DNA of 64,000 nucleotides from a bacterium. GTDB taxonomy: Bacteria; Sysuimicrobiota; Sysuimicrobiia; Sysuimicrobiales; Segetimicrobiaceae. The notes beneath the pieces were generated by a model, which did not search any database, was not told where the DNA came from, and saw nothing but the letters and a program-made list of their open reading frames with translations. Positions within the stretch are counted from its first letter, which is position 1, and every line of letters starts with the position of its first letter. The translations under genes and the position numbers were made by a program. Positions 8,467 to 17,504 of the stretch are shown here, piece after piece. The stretch lies in NCBI GenBank assembly GCA_035280345.1, contig DATEGA010000252.1:5836-69835 (forward strand). Reading direction: 5' to 3'.

Positions 8467-9225
8467 ATGAAAGCCATCCCAGACCCTGTCATCAACAGCA
8501 GCGAGCCCGATTCGAGCTTGGGGCACATGCCGGACGGCCGGTGGGCGTTTGACGCCAACGTGACGCAGGTGTTCGACGATATGCTCCGGCGATCGATCCC
8601 GCAATACGATGTCATGCGCCAGGCCGTGTACGATGTCGGATGCAAGTTCATCAAGCGCGATACGGATATCGTCGATCTGGGGTGCGCCAGGGGCGAGGCG
8701 CTGGCCCCATTCGTCGACCGATTCGGCGCGCAGAACCGCTACCTGGGTGTCGAGGTGAGTGAGCCGATGCTCGCCGCGACACGGCAGCGCTACGCCGGCC
8801 TTATCAACACCGGTGTCATGCGGGTGCAAAACAGCGATCTCCGGTACACGTATCCGCTCGCCAAGGCGAGTCTCACCCTGTCCATCTTCACCGTCCAGTT
8901 CGTGCCGATCGAGTACCGGCCGCGGCTGCTCGCCGACGTGTTCGCGTCGACCGTTCCCGGCGGTGCGATTGTCCTGGCGGAAAAGATCATCGGATCCACC
9001 GGCGCTAACGATCGCCTCTTTGTCGATCTCTACTACGATATGAAGCGCCGCAACGGCTACAGCCAGGACGAAATAGACCGCAAGCGGTTCTCGCTGGAGG
9101 GCGTGCTCGTGCCCGTCACCGCGAAGTGGAACGAAGATCTCCTTCGTGAAGCGGGTTTTTCGCGGGTTGAGAATTTCTGGCGGTGGATGAATTTTGGCGC
9201 GTGGCTGGGCGTCAAGCCTGCGTGA
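8467..9225 (+). CDS. CmoA-family SAM-dependent enzyme (carboxy-S-adenosyl-L-methionine synthase homolog)
   Basis: ATGA overlap with gmhA-like stop. Colinear similarity to E. coli CmoA across the whole length: WAFDANVTQVFDDMLRRSIPQYD, DLGCARGEA, FTVQF...RPRLL, PGGAIVLAEK, MKRRNGYSQDEIDRKRFSLE, AGFSRVENFWRWMNFGAWLGVK. Confidence 0.6.
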   Translation: MKAIPDPVINSSEPDSSLGHMPDGRWAFDANVTQVFDDMLRRSIPQYDVMRQAVYDVGCKFIKRDTDIVDLGCARGEALAPFVDRFGAQNRYLGVEVSEPMLAATRQRYAGLINTGVMRVQNSDLRYTYPLAKASLTLSIFTVQFVPIEYRPRLLADVFASTVPGGAIVLAEKIIGSTGANDRLFVDLYYDMKRRNGYSQDEIDRKRFSLEGVLVPVTAKWNEDLLREAGFSRVENFWRWMNFGAWLGVKPA

Positions 9226-9241
9226 GCGTTGCGTACCGGGC

Positions 9242-10141
9242 GTGAGCAACAGGAGCGCGACGGTCATCGAACAGCCTGGGTGGCAGCCCGCAGTCGCTTC
9301 AACAGGATCGCGGGCCGAAGAAGTACCCGCGATCCGGGTCGAGCCGTCGAAGGGGTGGGCTGCGCTCCAGCTCCGCGAGGCGTGGAAGTCTCGAGAGCTC
9401 TTGTATTTTCTCGTTTGGCGGGATGTCACAGTCCGCTACAAGCAGACGGTGTTTGGGGTGCTGTGGGCGGTTTTCCAGCCGTTGTTTGGGACAGTGGTCT
9501 TCACCCTGTTTTTCGGCCGGTTGGCCAAGATGCCCTCGGACGGCGTGCCGTACCCGTTGTTCGCTTATGCCGCATTGGTGCCGTGGACGTTTTTTGCCAA
9601 CGGCTTGAACCAGATTTCCAACAGCCTCGTACGCGATGCCAATCTCATCACGAAAGTGTACGTACCGCGGCTTCTGATCCCGTTCGCGGCCGCCGTCGCT
9701 GGGTTGGTCGATTTTCTCGTGGCATTTGTTATTCTGCTCGGCATGATGGTCCTCTACCGAACGCCGCCGACGGCGAACATTATCTTCCTACCGTTCCTTG
9801 CCCTGCTGGCGCTGGCGACGTCGATCAGTGTGGGTCTCTGGTTGTCGGCGCTGAACGTGCAGTTCCGCGATGTGCGATACGTCCTGCCGTTCGTGGTGCA
9901 GGCATGGCTCTTCGCCACACCGATCGTATATCCGAGCAGTCTACTGCCGGCGCGGTGGCGCCTGGTGTACGGGCTGAATCCGATGGTCGGCGTAGTAGAA
10001 GGCTTTCGATGGGCCCTCTTGGGGACGCATACCCGTCCCGGCGGCATGATTATCGTTTCAGCGCTCACGGTAGTTGGCCTGTTGATCGGCGGGATGATCT
10101 ACTTCCGGCGGACGGAAAGTAAGTTCGCCGACGTGGTCTAG
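9242..10141 (+). CDS. ABC-2 type polysaccharide exporter permease (Wzm/KpsM-like)
   Basis: LREAWKSRELLYFLVWRDVTVRYKQTVFGVLWAVFQPLF is the ABC-2 N-terminal signature, followed by six hydrophobic segments. The start (GTG near 9242) is uncertain. Confidence 0.75.
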   Translation: MSNRSATVIEQPGWQPAVASTGSRAEEVPAIRVEPSKGWAALQLREAWKSRELLYFLVWRDVTVRYKQTVFGVLWAVFQPLFGTVVFTLFFGRLAKMPSDGVPYPLFAYAALVPWTFFANGLNQISNSLVRDANLITKVYVPRLLIPFAAAVAGLVDFLVAFVILLGMMVLYRTPPTANIIFLPFLALLALATSISVGLWLSALNVQFRDVRYVLPFVVQAWLFATPIVYPSSLLPARWRLVYGLNPMVGVVEGFRWALLGTHTRPGGMIIVSALTVVGLLIGGMIYFRRTESKFADVV

Positions 10142-10159
10142 GGAGGGCCGAAGGGTCCT

Positions 10160-11470
10160 GTGAGCGGTCGCGCAGTCCGGGTCGAAAATCTCTCGAAACA
10201 ATACGTGCTGGGGCAGTGGCGGGCTCACGACACGCTCCGCGATCACCTGACTCGCACGTTCTCAGTGTTCTCGCGTGCGCCGCGCGAGCGGCAACAGCCG
10301 GAGACGATTTGGGCGCTTCGGGATGTGTCATTCGACGTCCAGCGCGGCGAAGTCGTTGGGATTATCGGAAACAACGGCGCGGGGAAGAGCACCCTTCTCA
10401 AAATTCTCTCCCGCATTACCGAGCCTACGGGCGGCTACGCGGAGATCCACGGGCGCGTGGGCTCTTTGCTGGAGGTTGGGGCTGGGTTTTTCCATGCGGA
10501 GCTCACGGGACGGGAAAATATCTATCTCAGCGGCGCGATCCTCGGAATGAAGAAGAGCGAGATAGACCGGAAGCGAGACGACATCATAGAGTTCGCCGGC
10601 ATCGAGCGGTTCATCGACACGCCCGTGAAACGCTATTCCACCGGGATGAACATGCGACTAGCGTTTTCGGTTGCCGCGCATCTCGATCAAGAGATCCTGT
10701 TCGTCGACGAAGTGCTCGCGGTCGGCGATGCGGAATTCCAACGAAAGTGCCTCGGGCGGATGGGGGAGGTATCCCGCGCGGGACGAACGGTGCTGTTCGT
10801 GAGCCACAACATGGCTGCGATCACCCATCTGTGTCCGCGCACACTGTGGCTGAAAGGCGGCCGGGTACATGCCGATGGCGCGTCGACAGATGTCGTATCG
10901 GCATACTTATCGGCTGGCCAGGGCGCCGGATCAGCGTGGCGCAATCCTTCCTCCAATCGCCCCTCCATGGACGGCGCATTCCGGGTGGGGGCGGCGCGTG
11001 TGCTCGCTGAAGACAACCGTCCTGCGAGCGTCATGGAGTTCCGGCGACCGTTTAAATTCGAGATAGAGTATGAGATCCTGCGACCGTTGAAGGATGTCGC
11101 GGTTGTTGTGAGGGTGATTAATTCGATCGGCGAGCACCTCTGGACGTCGTGGGACACCGATCCGGATCGCTGGGATAGCGGCTTGGTGAGAATGCCGGGA
11201 CGCTATGTCTCCGTGTGCAGAGTCCCGCCGCACTTCCTGAAGCCCGGACCGTACCGCGTCGACGTCGGTGCGCGCAGCGCGACGCCGCCGTACGAACTGC
11301 ACGAAAGTGTTCTGGCGTTTGAAATATCCGAGGTCGGATACGCGCTCCATCCCGACCGCGTAGGCGTGATCGCCCCGTTACTCGGCTGGGACGTGACGCG
11401 TGTCGACGAGGCGCACGGTCGCCTCTCCGAGTCAAGTTCTGAGCCTATAAGTGTTGAGGCAGCCCGATGA
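10160..11470 (+). CDS. ABC exporter ATP-binding protein Wzt-like with an extended C-terminal (putative glycan-terminus-binding) domain
   Basis: Walker A GIIGNNGAGKST, ABC signature YSTGMNMRLAFSVA, Walker B ILFVDEVLAVGD, plus about 180 extra C-terminal residues. Confidence 0.75.
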   Translation: MSGRAVRVENLSKQYVLGQWRAHDTLRDHLTRTFSVFSRAPRERQQPETIWALRDVSFDVQRGEVVGIIGNNGAGKSTLLKILSRITEPTGGYAEIHGRVGSLLEVGAGFFHAELTGRENIYLSGAILGMKKSEIDRKRDDIIEFAGIERFIDTPVKRYSTGMNMRLAFSVAAHLDQEILFVDEVLAVGDAEFQRKCLGRMGEVSRAGRTVLFVSHNMAAITHLCPRTLWLKGGRVHADGASTDVVSAYLSAGQGAGSAWRNPSSNRPSMDGAFRVGAARVLAEDNRPASVMEFRRPFKFEIEYEILRPLKDVAVVVRVINSIGEHLWTSWDTDPDRWDSGLVRMPGRYVSVCRVPPHFLKPGPYRVDVGARSATPPYELHESVLAFEISEVGYALHPDRVGVIAPLLGWDVTRVDEAHGRLSESSSEPISVEAAR

Positions 11471-11558
11471 AGATGCCGGCAACTCTCGCAAACCGCCCCA
11501 CGGCCGACTGCAAGGGCCGCGGGGCCGCGATCAGCTGACGTTCGGATCGGGCGCATCG

Positions 11559-12800
11559 ATGGCAGAGAGAGTCGTTGTGATCGAGCCGATGGGTGTCGGC
11601 GGGATCAGCCACTACACCTACTGCTTGTGTCAGGCACTACAAGCGGAGGGTCTAAACGTCTCGCTCATCACTACGGGCAACTATGAACTGATAGGGCAGC
11701 CGAGAGCGTTTCGGGTCTATCCGGTCCTTCGCGAATGGTTTCGACCCGATGATCCGTCCACCATATCTCGAGGTGTTCCACGTCCTTCCCCAATCGCAGT
11801 GGCGTGTCGCCGGCTGAGAGTCGCGCGCGAGATGTTCCAGGTCTTGTTCATTGTCTTGAGGGAGCGCGCATCTATCGTACATCTCCAGTGGCCGGTTGGC
11901 CCGCACGACTGGCTATACCTGGCGGCGCTCCGGTTGTTGAGACGCCGAATCGTTTATACGGCTCACGATGTGCTCCCTCATGAGCACACGTCGGATGACG
12001 CCGTCCGTCTTCAGCGCCTCGTGCGGTATGTCGACCGCGTGATTCTCCATTCACATGAGAATGGTAGAGCCTTTCGCCGCACGTTCGGCGATGCAGCGAG
12101 GTCCTTGTACATCGTGCCGCACGGGAACTATTTCTTCTTCCCAGGGGCGGTTAGGTCGGGGAACGGGGATGCGCGCACTGCCGTGGGCGTGCCGCGCGAA
12201 TCGCGCATCATACTGTTCTTTGGCGCCATTCGGCCTTATAAGGGGTTAGGTGATCTGGTTGCGGCGTTTAGCTTGGTCCGCCAGCAGGTCCCGGCGGCAC
12301 GGCTTCTGATTGCGGGATATCCTTTCGAAGATTTTGGCCCGTACCGCGAGGCGATCGCCGGCGAAGACCTCGAGGATTGCGTGACGACCCACTTGGGCTA
12401 CCATCCCATGTCCGAGGTGGCGAAATTCTTCGAGGCCGCTGATGTAGCCGTTCTTCCGTATCGAACCGCATCGCAGAGCGGCATTGCACAGCTCGCGTTC
12501 GCGTTCGGCGTGCCTATTGTCGCAACTCGCACGGGCGGTCTTCCCGAAGTGATCGAAAACGGGCGTACTGGCCTGCTCGTCGATCCCGGCGATCAACGCG
12601 GATTGGCCGAGGCGATCACGCGGCTTCTCGAGGATCCATCGCTGTGCCGCGCGATGAGCGAGCGTGCGAAGCAACGGGCCGCAACGCAGTATTCGTGGAG
12701 CCGCGTGGCCCGGCTGACACGAGCAATCTATGATGGCGACACGTCGGTCCAGGGGCCGGCCTCTTTGCAGCGCACTGGTACGGAGAGTGAAGTGCCATGA
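11559..12800 (+). CDS. GT4 (GT-B fold) glycosyltransferase
   Basis: C-terminal GT4 motif: LPYRTASQSGIAQLAFAFGVPIVATRTGGLPEVI...GLLVDPGD. Confidence 0.7.
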   Translation: MAERVVVIEPMGVGGISHYTYCLCQALQAEGLNVSLITTGNYELIGQPRAFRVYPVLREWFRPDDPSTISRGVPRPSPIAVACRRLRVAREMFQVLFIVLRERASIVHLQWPVGPHDWLYLAALRLLRRRIVYTAHDVLPHEHTSDDAVRLQRLVRYVDRVILHSHENGRAFRRTFGDAARSLYIVPHGNYFFFPGAVRSGNGDARTAVGVPRESRIILFFGAIRPYKGLGDLVAAFSLVRQQVPAARLLIAGYPFEDFGPYREAIAGEDLEDCVTTHLGYHPMSEVAKFFEAADVAVLPYRTASQSGIAQLAFAFGVPIVATRTGGLPEVIENGRTGLLVDPGDQRGLAEAITRLLEDPSLCRAMSERAKQRAATQYSWSRVARLTRAIYDGDTSVQGPASLQRTGTESEVP

Positions 12801-14095
12801 TGGCCACAGATACGGCAACATGGCGCATCACCGGCAACGAAGCAACCGGCGTCCCCACGCTGGACCTGCTCTCGGGTCAAAACATTGTGTGTCTCGCTCA
12901 CGAGCCGTGGCACGGGCCCTGGAAAACGTATCAGCAGATCATGTCCCTACTGGCAAAGAAGAATCGGGTATTGTACGTGGGTCCGCCAGCTTCGCTGCGC
13001 GAGGGCGTCACGGGCTTGGTGAGGCGTGCGCAACGTCGTCCCTTGCTTGAATGTGTTACTCCCACATTGTTCGTCTATCACGAACCACGGCTCTTGGGTC
13101 GCGCCAACAATCGCCGGCCGATCGCTCGACATCTGAACGGAATCACAGCGCGGCTCCGCTTGTCTCAGGCACGGTGGCTCGCACGCTGTTGCGGATTTGC
13201 GGCGCCGATCCTCTGGGTGTTTGACCCGATGATGTCGCGAGCAGTTGGCACGTTTGGCGAGAGGCTCGTCGTGTATCATGTTTTGGACAACTACGCTGAG
13301 TTCATCGATCCGAGAGCGACCGCGTTGCGCGCGGCGATGAGCAAAAACGAAGGATGGATGCTGAAGCGGGCCGACGTCGTGGTGGCGGTTTCGGACAGCC
13401 TGCGCCAGCGGTGTCTGGAGCATAACCCCAACTCGTTCCTCGTTCCCAACGGCGTCAACACGGAGATGTTCCGGGCCCGCGCGATGGCGAGAGTCGTTCC
13501 AGCGGATATGCGACACCTCGCGCGGCCGATCATTGGCTATGTCGGCGCGATCCAGCCAATTGTAGATTATTCGCTCTTGCACCGAATTTCGATGGAGCGT
13601 CCCGAATGGTCACTGGTCCTCGCCGGCCCACGCGACCTCGATGGGGCTGCGCAGGCGGCATTTGACACGCTGTGTTCGCGACCCAACGTGCACTATCTGG
13701 GGTGCAAGCAAGTTGGGGAGGTGCCGGTCTACATCAGCGCCTGTGATGTGTGTCTCATGCCCTATCACCCCAGGAAATCGACAGTGCCCGATAGTGATAG
13801 CATCAAACTTTACGAGTATTTAGCATGCGGGCGTCCGGTGGTATCGGTCGACGTCTCTTCGGCCGCGCGGTTCAGCCCACTCGTGCGGATTGCACGCGAT
13901 GAGGAAGAATTCGTCAAAGGCGTCGAGGAGAGCCTCGCGGAAGGTTCGCGTTTCGTTGAAGCGAGGGAACTAGTCGCGAGCGAGCACAGTTGGCAGCAGC
14001 GTGTCGCCACGCTGAGTCAAATTCTAACGCCGCTGTTGGCTCCGGGAGCTTCGACGGACCGTTCTTCAGCGACATCAAGGATGGCGCGTCGATGA
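12797..14095 (+). CDS. GT-B fold glycosyltransferase (GT4-like)
   Basis: Glycos_transf_1-like C-terminal half (LYEYLACGRPVVS...). ATGA overlap with the upstream gene. Confidence 0.55.
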   Translation: MMATDTATWRITGNEATGVPTLDLLSGQNIVCLAHEPWHGPWKTYQQIMSLLAKKNRVLYVGPPASLREGVTGLVRRAQRRPLLECVTPTLFVYHEPRLLGRANNRRPIARHLNGITARLRLSQARWLARCCGFAAPILWVFDPMMSRAVGTFGERLVVYHVLDNYAEFIDPRATALRAAMSKNEGWMLKRADVVVAVSDSLRQRCLEHNPNSFLVPNGVNTEMFRARAMARVVPADMRHLARPIIGYVGAIQPIVDYSLLHRISMERPEWSLVLAGPRDLDGAAQAAFDTLCSRPNVHYLGCKQVGEVPVYISACDVCLMPYHPRKSTVPDSDSIKLYEYLACGRPVVSVDVSSAARFSPLVRIARDEEEFVKGVEESLAEGSRFVEARELVASEHSWQQRVATLSQILTPLLAPGASTDRSSATSRMARR

Positions 14096-14760
14096 GTTCG
14101 GTCAACAGTCCATATCTTGCTGCCAAGACGCCGAAGGCCGCAATGAGGCGGTCCCGTCCAGTCCGCTGGCAGATGGCGGGGAAACGTCTACTTGACGTTC
14201 TCGTCGCAGCCGGTGTGTTGACAATTCTGTGCCCGTTTTTTCCAGTTATTGCGCTTGCGATAAAGCTGACGTCGCGCGGTCCGGTTCTCTATGTGTGGCC
14301 CGTCGTGGGTCAGTGGGGCCGTCCGCTAAAAGCGTACAAGTTCCGTACGATGGTTTCCGGCGCCGATGCAATGAAATCGGAACTGTTGGGTCACAACGAG
14401 TCGACCGGCCCCGTGTTCAAAATGAGGAAGGATCCTCGCGTGACGCCAATGGGCCGGATCCTCAGGAAGTTTAGTCTAGATGAGTTGCCGCAACTGTGGA
14501 ATGTGTTGAAGGGTGACCTTAGTCTCGTCGGACCTAGGCCGGTGCTAGCGGACGAGTGGGCGAGATTTGACGAATGGCACCGCCGTAAGTTGGAAGTGAA
14601 GCCCGGTATGATATGTCTTTGGCACATTCACGGCCAGCCGCGAGATTTTGATGAGTGGGTGCGCATGGATATTGAGTACGTCGATAATTGGTCCTTATGG
14701 CTCGATATCAGGGTGCTCGCCAGGGGAGCCATTTACCTCGCGGCCGGGAAAAACTATTGA
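14092..14760 (+). CDS. small monotopic sugar phosphotransferase (PglC/WecA-C-terminal-like bacterial sugar transferase); second priming PGT in the locus
   Basis: ATGA overlap with the upstream gene. Single N-terminal TM (LLDVLVAAGVLTILCPFFPVIALAI), then KFRTM...DELPQLWNVLKGDLSLVGPRPV ... KPGMICLWHI (sugar-transferase motifs). Confidence 0.75.
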   Translation: MSSVNSPYLAAKTPKAAMRRSRPVRWQMAGKRLLDVLVAAGVLTILCPFFPVIALAIKLTSRGPVLYVWPVVGQWGRPLKAYKFRTMVSGADAMKSELLGHNESTGPVFKMRKDPRVTPMGRILRKFSLDELPQLWNVLKGDLSLVGPRPVLADEWARFDEWHRRKLEVKPGMICLWHIHGQPRDFDEWVRMDIEYVDNWSLWLDIRVLARGAIYLAAGKNY

Positions 14761-14797
14761 CTCTTAAGGCGGCTAGAAAGCGGAGGACCGAATAGCG

Positions 14798-15988
14798 ATG
14801 CGCGTGCTTGTGACTGGTGGTGCGGGATTCATCGGGTCACATACCGTCGATGCGCTGCTCCAAAAGGGGTATCAAGTGCGAATCCTTGACGCACTGCTGC
14901 CACCCGTACACAGTGGCGCCATTCCAAACTACATTCCGAGGGACGAAGTGGACATCGTGGTGGGGGATGTGAGCCAACGGTGCTCCTGGGAGAAGGCGCT
15001 GGAGGGAGTGGATGTCGTTTTCCATTTGGCCGCGCATCAGGGCTACTTACCAAATTTCTCGGCATTCTTCCAAACGAACACGATTTCGACGGCGCATCTC
15101 TACGAAGTTATTGTTGACAAACGACTGGACATTCGCAAAATTGTCATCGCCTCGTCCCAGGCCGTTTATGGTGAGGGCCGCTACTCGTGTGAGCAGCCGC
15201 ATTCCGCTGATTCCCATCCGGTTCTAAGGGAAGAGAGCCAGTTACGCAGAGGACTCTGGGAAATCCTATGTCCCAAGTGTGGGACGCCCATGCTACCACA
15301 GTGGATCGACGAGACAATCGTTAATCCCCATAATCAGTACGCTGTGAGCAAGAATACGCAGGAACTGATCGGACTGACGCTGGGACGTAGATACGGTATT
15401 CCCACCGTTTGCCTTCGCTATTCGATCGTTCATGGTCCGCGTCAATCGTTTCGAAATGCCTATTCCGGCGTTCTGCGGATCTTCACACAGCGTGTGCTTA
15501 ATGGGAAGCCTCCTGTTTGCTACGAAGACGGAAGACAGCTTCGCGATTACGTGTCGGTCCACGATGTCGTTCGGGCTAATTTGTTGGTGCTCGACGATCC
15601 TCGCGCTGATTTCGAAGCGTTCAACGTCGGAGGGAACTGCAGGGTTTCGGTACTTGATTATGCTCATCTAATCGCGCGGCGCGTTGGGAAGTGCATTGAA
15701 CCATCGGTCCCCGGAACATACCGGTTTGGTGACGTGCGCCACATACTATCCGATGTTGCAAAGCTTAGTGCCCTGGGTTGGCACCCTCAGGTTTCTCTCG
15801 AAAGCATCGTCGACGAATACACTGCCTGGGCAACGGAGCAACCCGATTTTCGAGATTACTATGAAGAGGCCGAGGCGCGGATGGCGGCTGTTGGAACGAT
15901 CCGCAAGGCAGTCTCTTTTCAAAGTCGTATGGAGCCGAAAAGTGCTGATTCGACGGATGATATGATATCCGTTGCGGCGCTGCCGTGA
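14798..15988 (+). CDS. NAD-dependent sugar epimerase/dehydratase (extended SDR) with a Cys-containing insertion
   Basis: MRVLVTGGAGFIGSH Rossmann motif and YAVSK catalytic motif. An internal insertion of about 45 aa carries ...SCEQPH...CPKCG.... RBS ggagga upstream. Confidence 0.75.
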   Translation: MRVLVTGGAGFIGSHTVDALLQKGYQVRILDALLPPVHSGAIPNYIPRDEVDIVVGDVSQRCSWEKALEGVDVVFHLAAHQGYLPNFSAFFQTNTISTAHLYEVIVDKRLDIRKIVIASSQAVYGEGRYSCEQPHSADSHPVLREESQLRRGLWEILCPKCGTPMLPQWIDETIVNPHNQYAVSKNTQELIGLTLGRRYGIPTVCLRYSIVHGPRQSFRNAYSGVLRIFTQRVLNGKPPVCYEDGRQLRDYVSVHDVVRANLLVLDDPRADFEAFNVGGNCRVSVLDYAHLIARRVGKCIEPSVPGTYRFGDVRHILSDVAKLSALGWHPQVSLESIVDEYTAWATEQPDFRDYYEEAEARMAAVGTIRKAVSFQSRMEPKSADSTDDMISVAALP

Positions 15989-17481
15989 GCACTGGAGAGC
16001 TTTCGAGATCCCAACGTCCGAGCGGGCTGCTCCTATTAGTGCCGGCCGTATGTGTGGTGGCACTTGGTTGGCTAGTTGCGGCCGCACCGCCCGTTTGGGC
16101 TTTTGCCGCCATTGCGGGGGTATTGTTTCTGATAGTCTTCTTGCAGCGGCCAGACGTTGGCCTACTCGTTGCGTTGGTCGTCCGGTCGTTCACCGATCTC
16201 AGTATTAGCCACATTCGAGCATCAGCGCCCGGCGAAGTGTACTCTTCCCCACTTAACATCGGGTTGATTCTCATCGTGATCGTCGCGGGCGGTATCTTCC
16301 TGTTGAGTCGCGGTACGCCGCTCTTTCGGCTTCCTGGAGGAACGTCTTACGTAGTTTTGGCACTGATCGGACTTGTCGGTTTCGTCCGCGCCGTTGAGGT
16401 TGCCCACACTGAGGGCTTTCTGTACGGAATGGAACACTGGCTGCGTATCGTGAGCGTTTTGATAGTGTACGCCCTGGCGGCAGAGGTTTTTAACAGTGCG
16501 CAGCATGTGCCGGCGGTAATCAAGGCTCTGGCAATGGCATTCCTGATTCCTGCCCTCTTCGGCTTCTACCAGATCGCGAGTGCCCATGGGGGTTTAGGTA
16601 GAGAAGTACAACCTATTACCGGGACATTCGCGGTTCAAGGCAACTTCGCTGTTTTTCTTGTATTCATGCTGGGCGTATTCTTGTGCTACGGTCTGGCTCA
16701 CTCCGGCTTGCGCCGCGCCTGGGCATTGGGTATTGTCGGGGCCTCTGTGGTGTTATTGGTCGCGACTTATGCTCGTACCGCGTGGGTCGGAGTCATGATT
16801 TTCTTGCTTGTAATTGGAGTACTAAAAAAGCGTGTCTTTCTGGTGCTGGCGCCCCTCGTGGCAGTCATCGCGGTCATTGCCCTGCCGTCCGTGTCCTCTC
16901 GTCTCGAAGGCTCATTCAGTTCCTCCGAAGGAAGCTTCGCAGATCGACTAGGCATTTGGCGAACCACGGGCCCGGCATGGCTGGAGTACACCAGCGATTC
17001 GGCGGGTCCGGTCTCGACTGCAGTGAATCGCCTTATTGGCACCGGCCCAGGGTCGAGCCAGTTTCTTGTTTCCTCCGCCTACGGTATGGTGAATGCCGAG
17101 CACAATGATTTTCTTACGGCACTGTTTGAGTACGGCATCATCGGGTTGACCGCTTATCTGGCTTTGTATCTCGCCATTTGGTCTTCTGCGTATCGGACGT
17201 GGCGGCGGTGCACCGATGAGGAGACCGCTTCGTTGCCTCTGGCATTCCTTGCCCTTATTCCGAGTTTCATGGTCATGAGCCTCACGGATGTTGTGTTTGG
17301 CCAGACTCAGAACCAGATCTATTTCTGGACGTTGGCTGGCTTGACCGTGGCCATAAGTCGGCGAATCCGTGACGGCGAACGGACTTCACCGAAGGGCCTC
17401 GACGTCGGCCCGACACGGGCGCACACGGATCTAGCTGGAATCTATCCCTCCCGGATCTCATCTCGCGCGGGCGCTGGCTGA
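15985..17481 (+). CDS. Wzy/WaaL-family (O-antigen ligase / polymerase-like, Wzy_C domain) polytopic membrane protein
   Basis: Ten or more hydrophobic helices and a periplasmic loop. The motif NAEHNDFLTALFEYGIIGLTAYLALY matches the Wzy_C signature (H-N-[DY]-[FY]L-x-L-x-E-x-G-[IL]-[IL]-G). Confidence 0.65.
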   Translation: MSTGELSRSQRPSGLLLLVPAVCVVALGWLVAAAPPVWAFAAIAGVLFLIVFLQRPDVGLLVALVVRSFTDLSISHIRASAPGEVYSSPLNIGLILIVIVAGGIFLLSRGTPLFRLPGGTSYVVLALIGLVGFVRAVEVAHTEGFLYGMEHWLRIVSVLIVYALAAEVFNSAQHVPAVIKALAMAFLIPALFGFYQIASAHGGLGREVQPITGTFAVQGNFAVFLVFMLGVFLCYGLAHSGLRRAWALGIVGASVVLLVATYARTAWVGVMIFLLVIGVLKKRVFLVLAPLVAVIAVIALPSVSSRLEGSFSSSEGSFADRLGIWRTTGPAWLEYTSDSAGPVSTAVNRLIGTGPGSSQFLVSSAYGMVNAEHNDFLTALFEYGIIGLTAYLALYLAIWSSAYRTWRRCTDEETASLPLAFLALIPSFMVMSLTDVVFGQTQNQIYFWTLAGLTVAISRRIRDGERTSPKGLDVGPTRAHTDLAGIYPSRISSRAGAG

Positions 17482-17504
17482 CCGCGTCCGGAGCCGGTTT
17501 CTTA

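Noticed and set aside
9229-10122. Alternative plus-frame ORF (297 aa) overlapping the Wzm permease gene
   Set aside because: The Arg/Gly-rich translation has no hydrophobic helices, while the 9194-frame gives a textbook ABC-2 permease.
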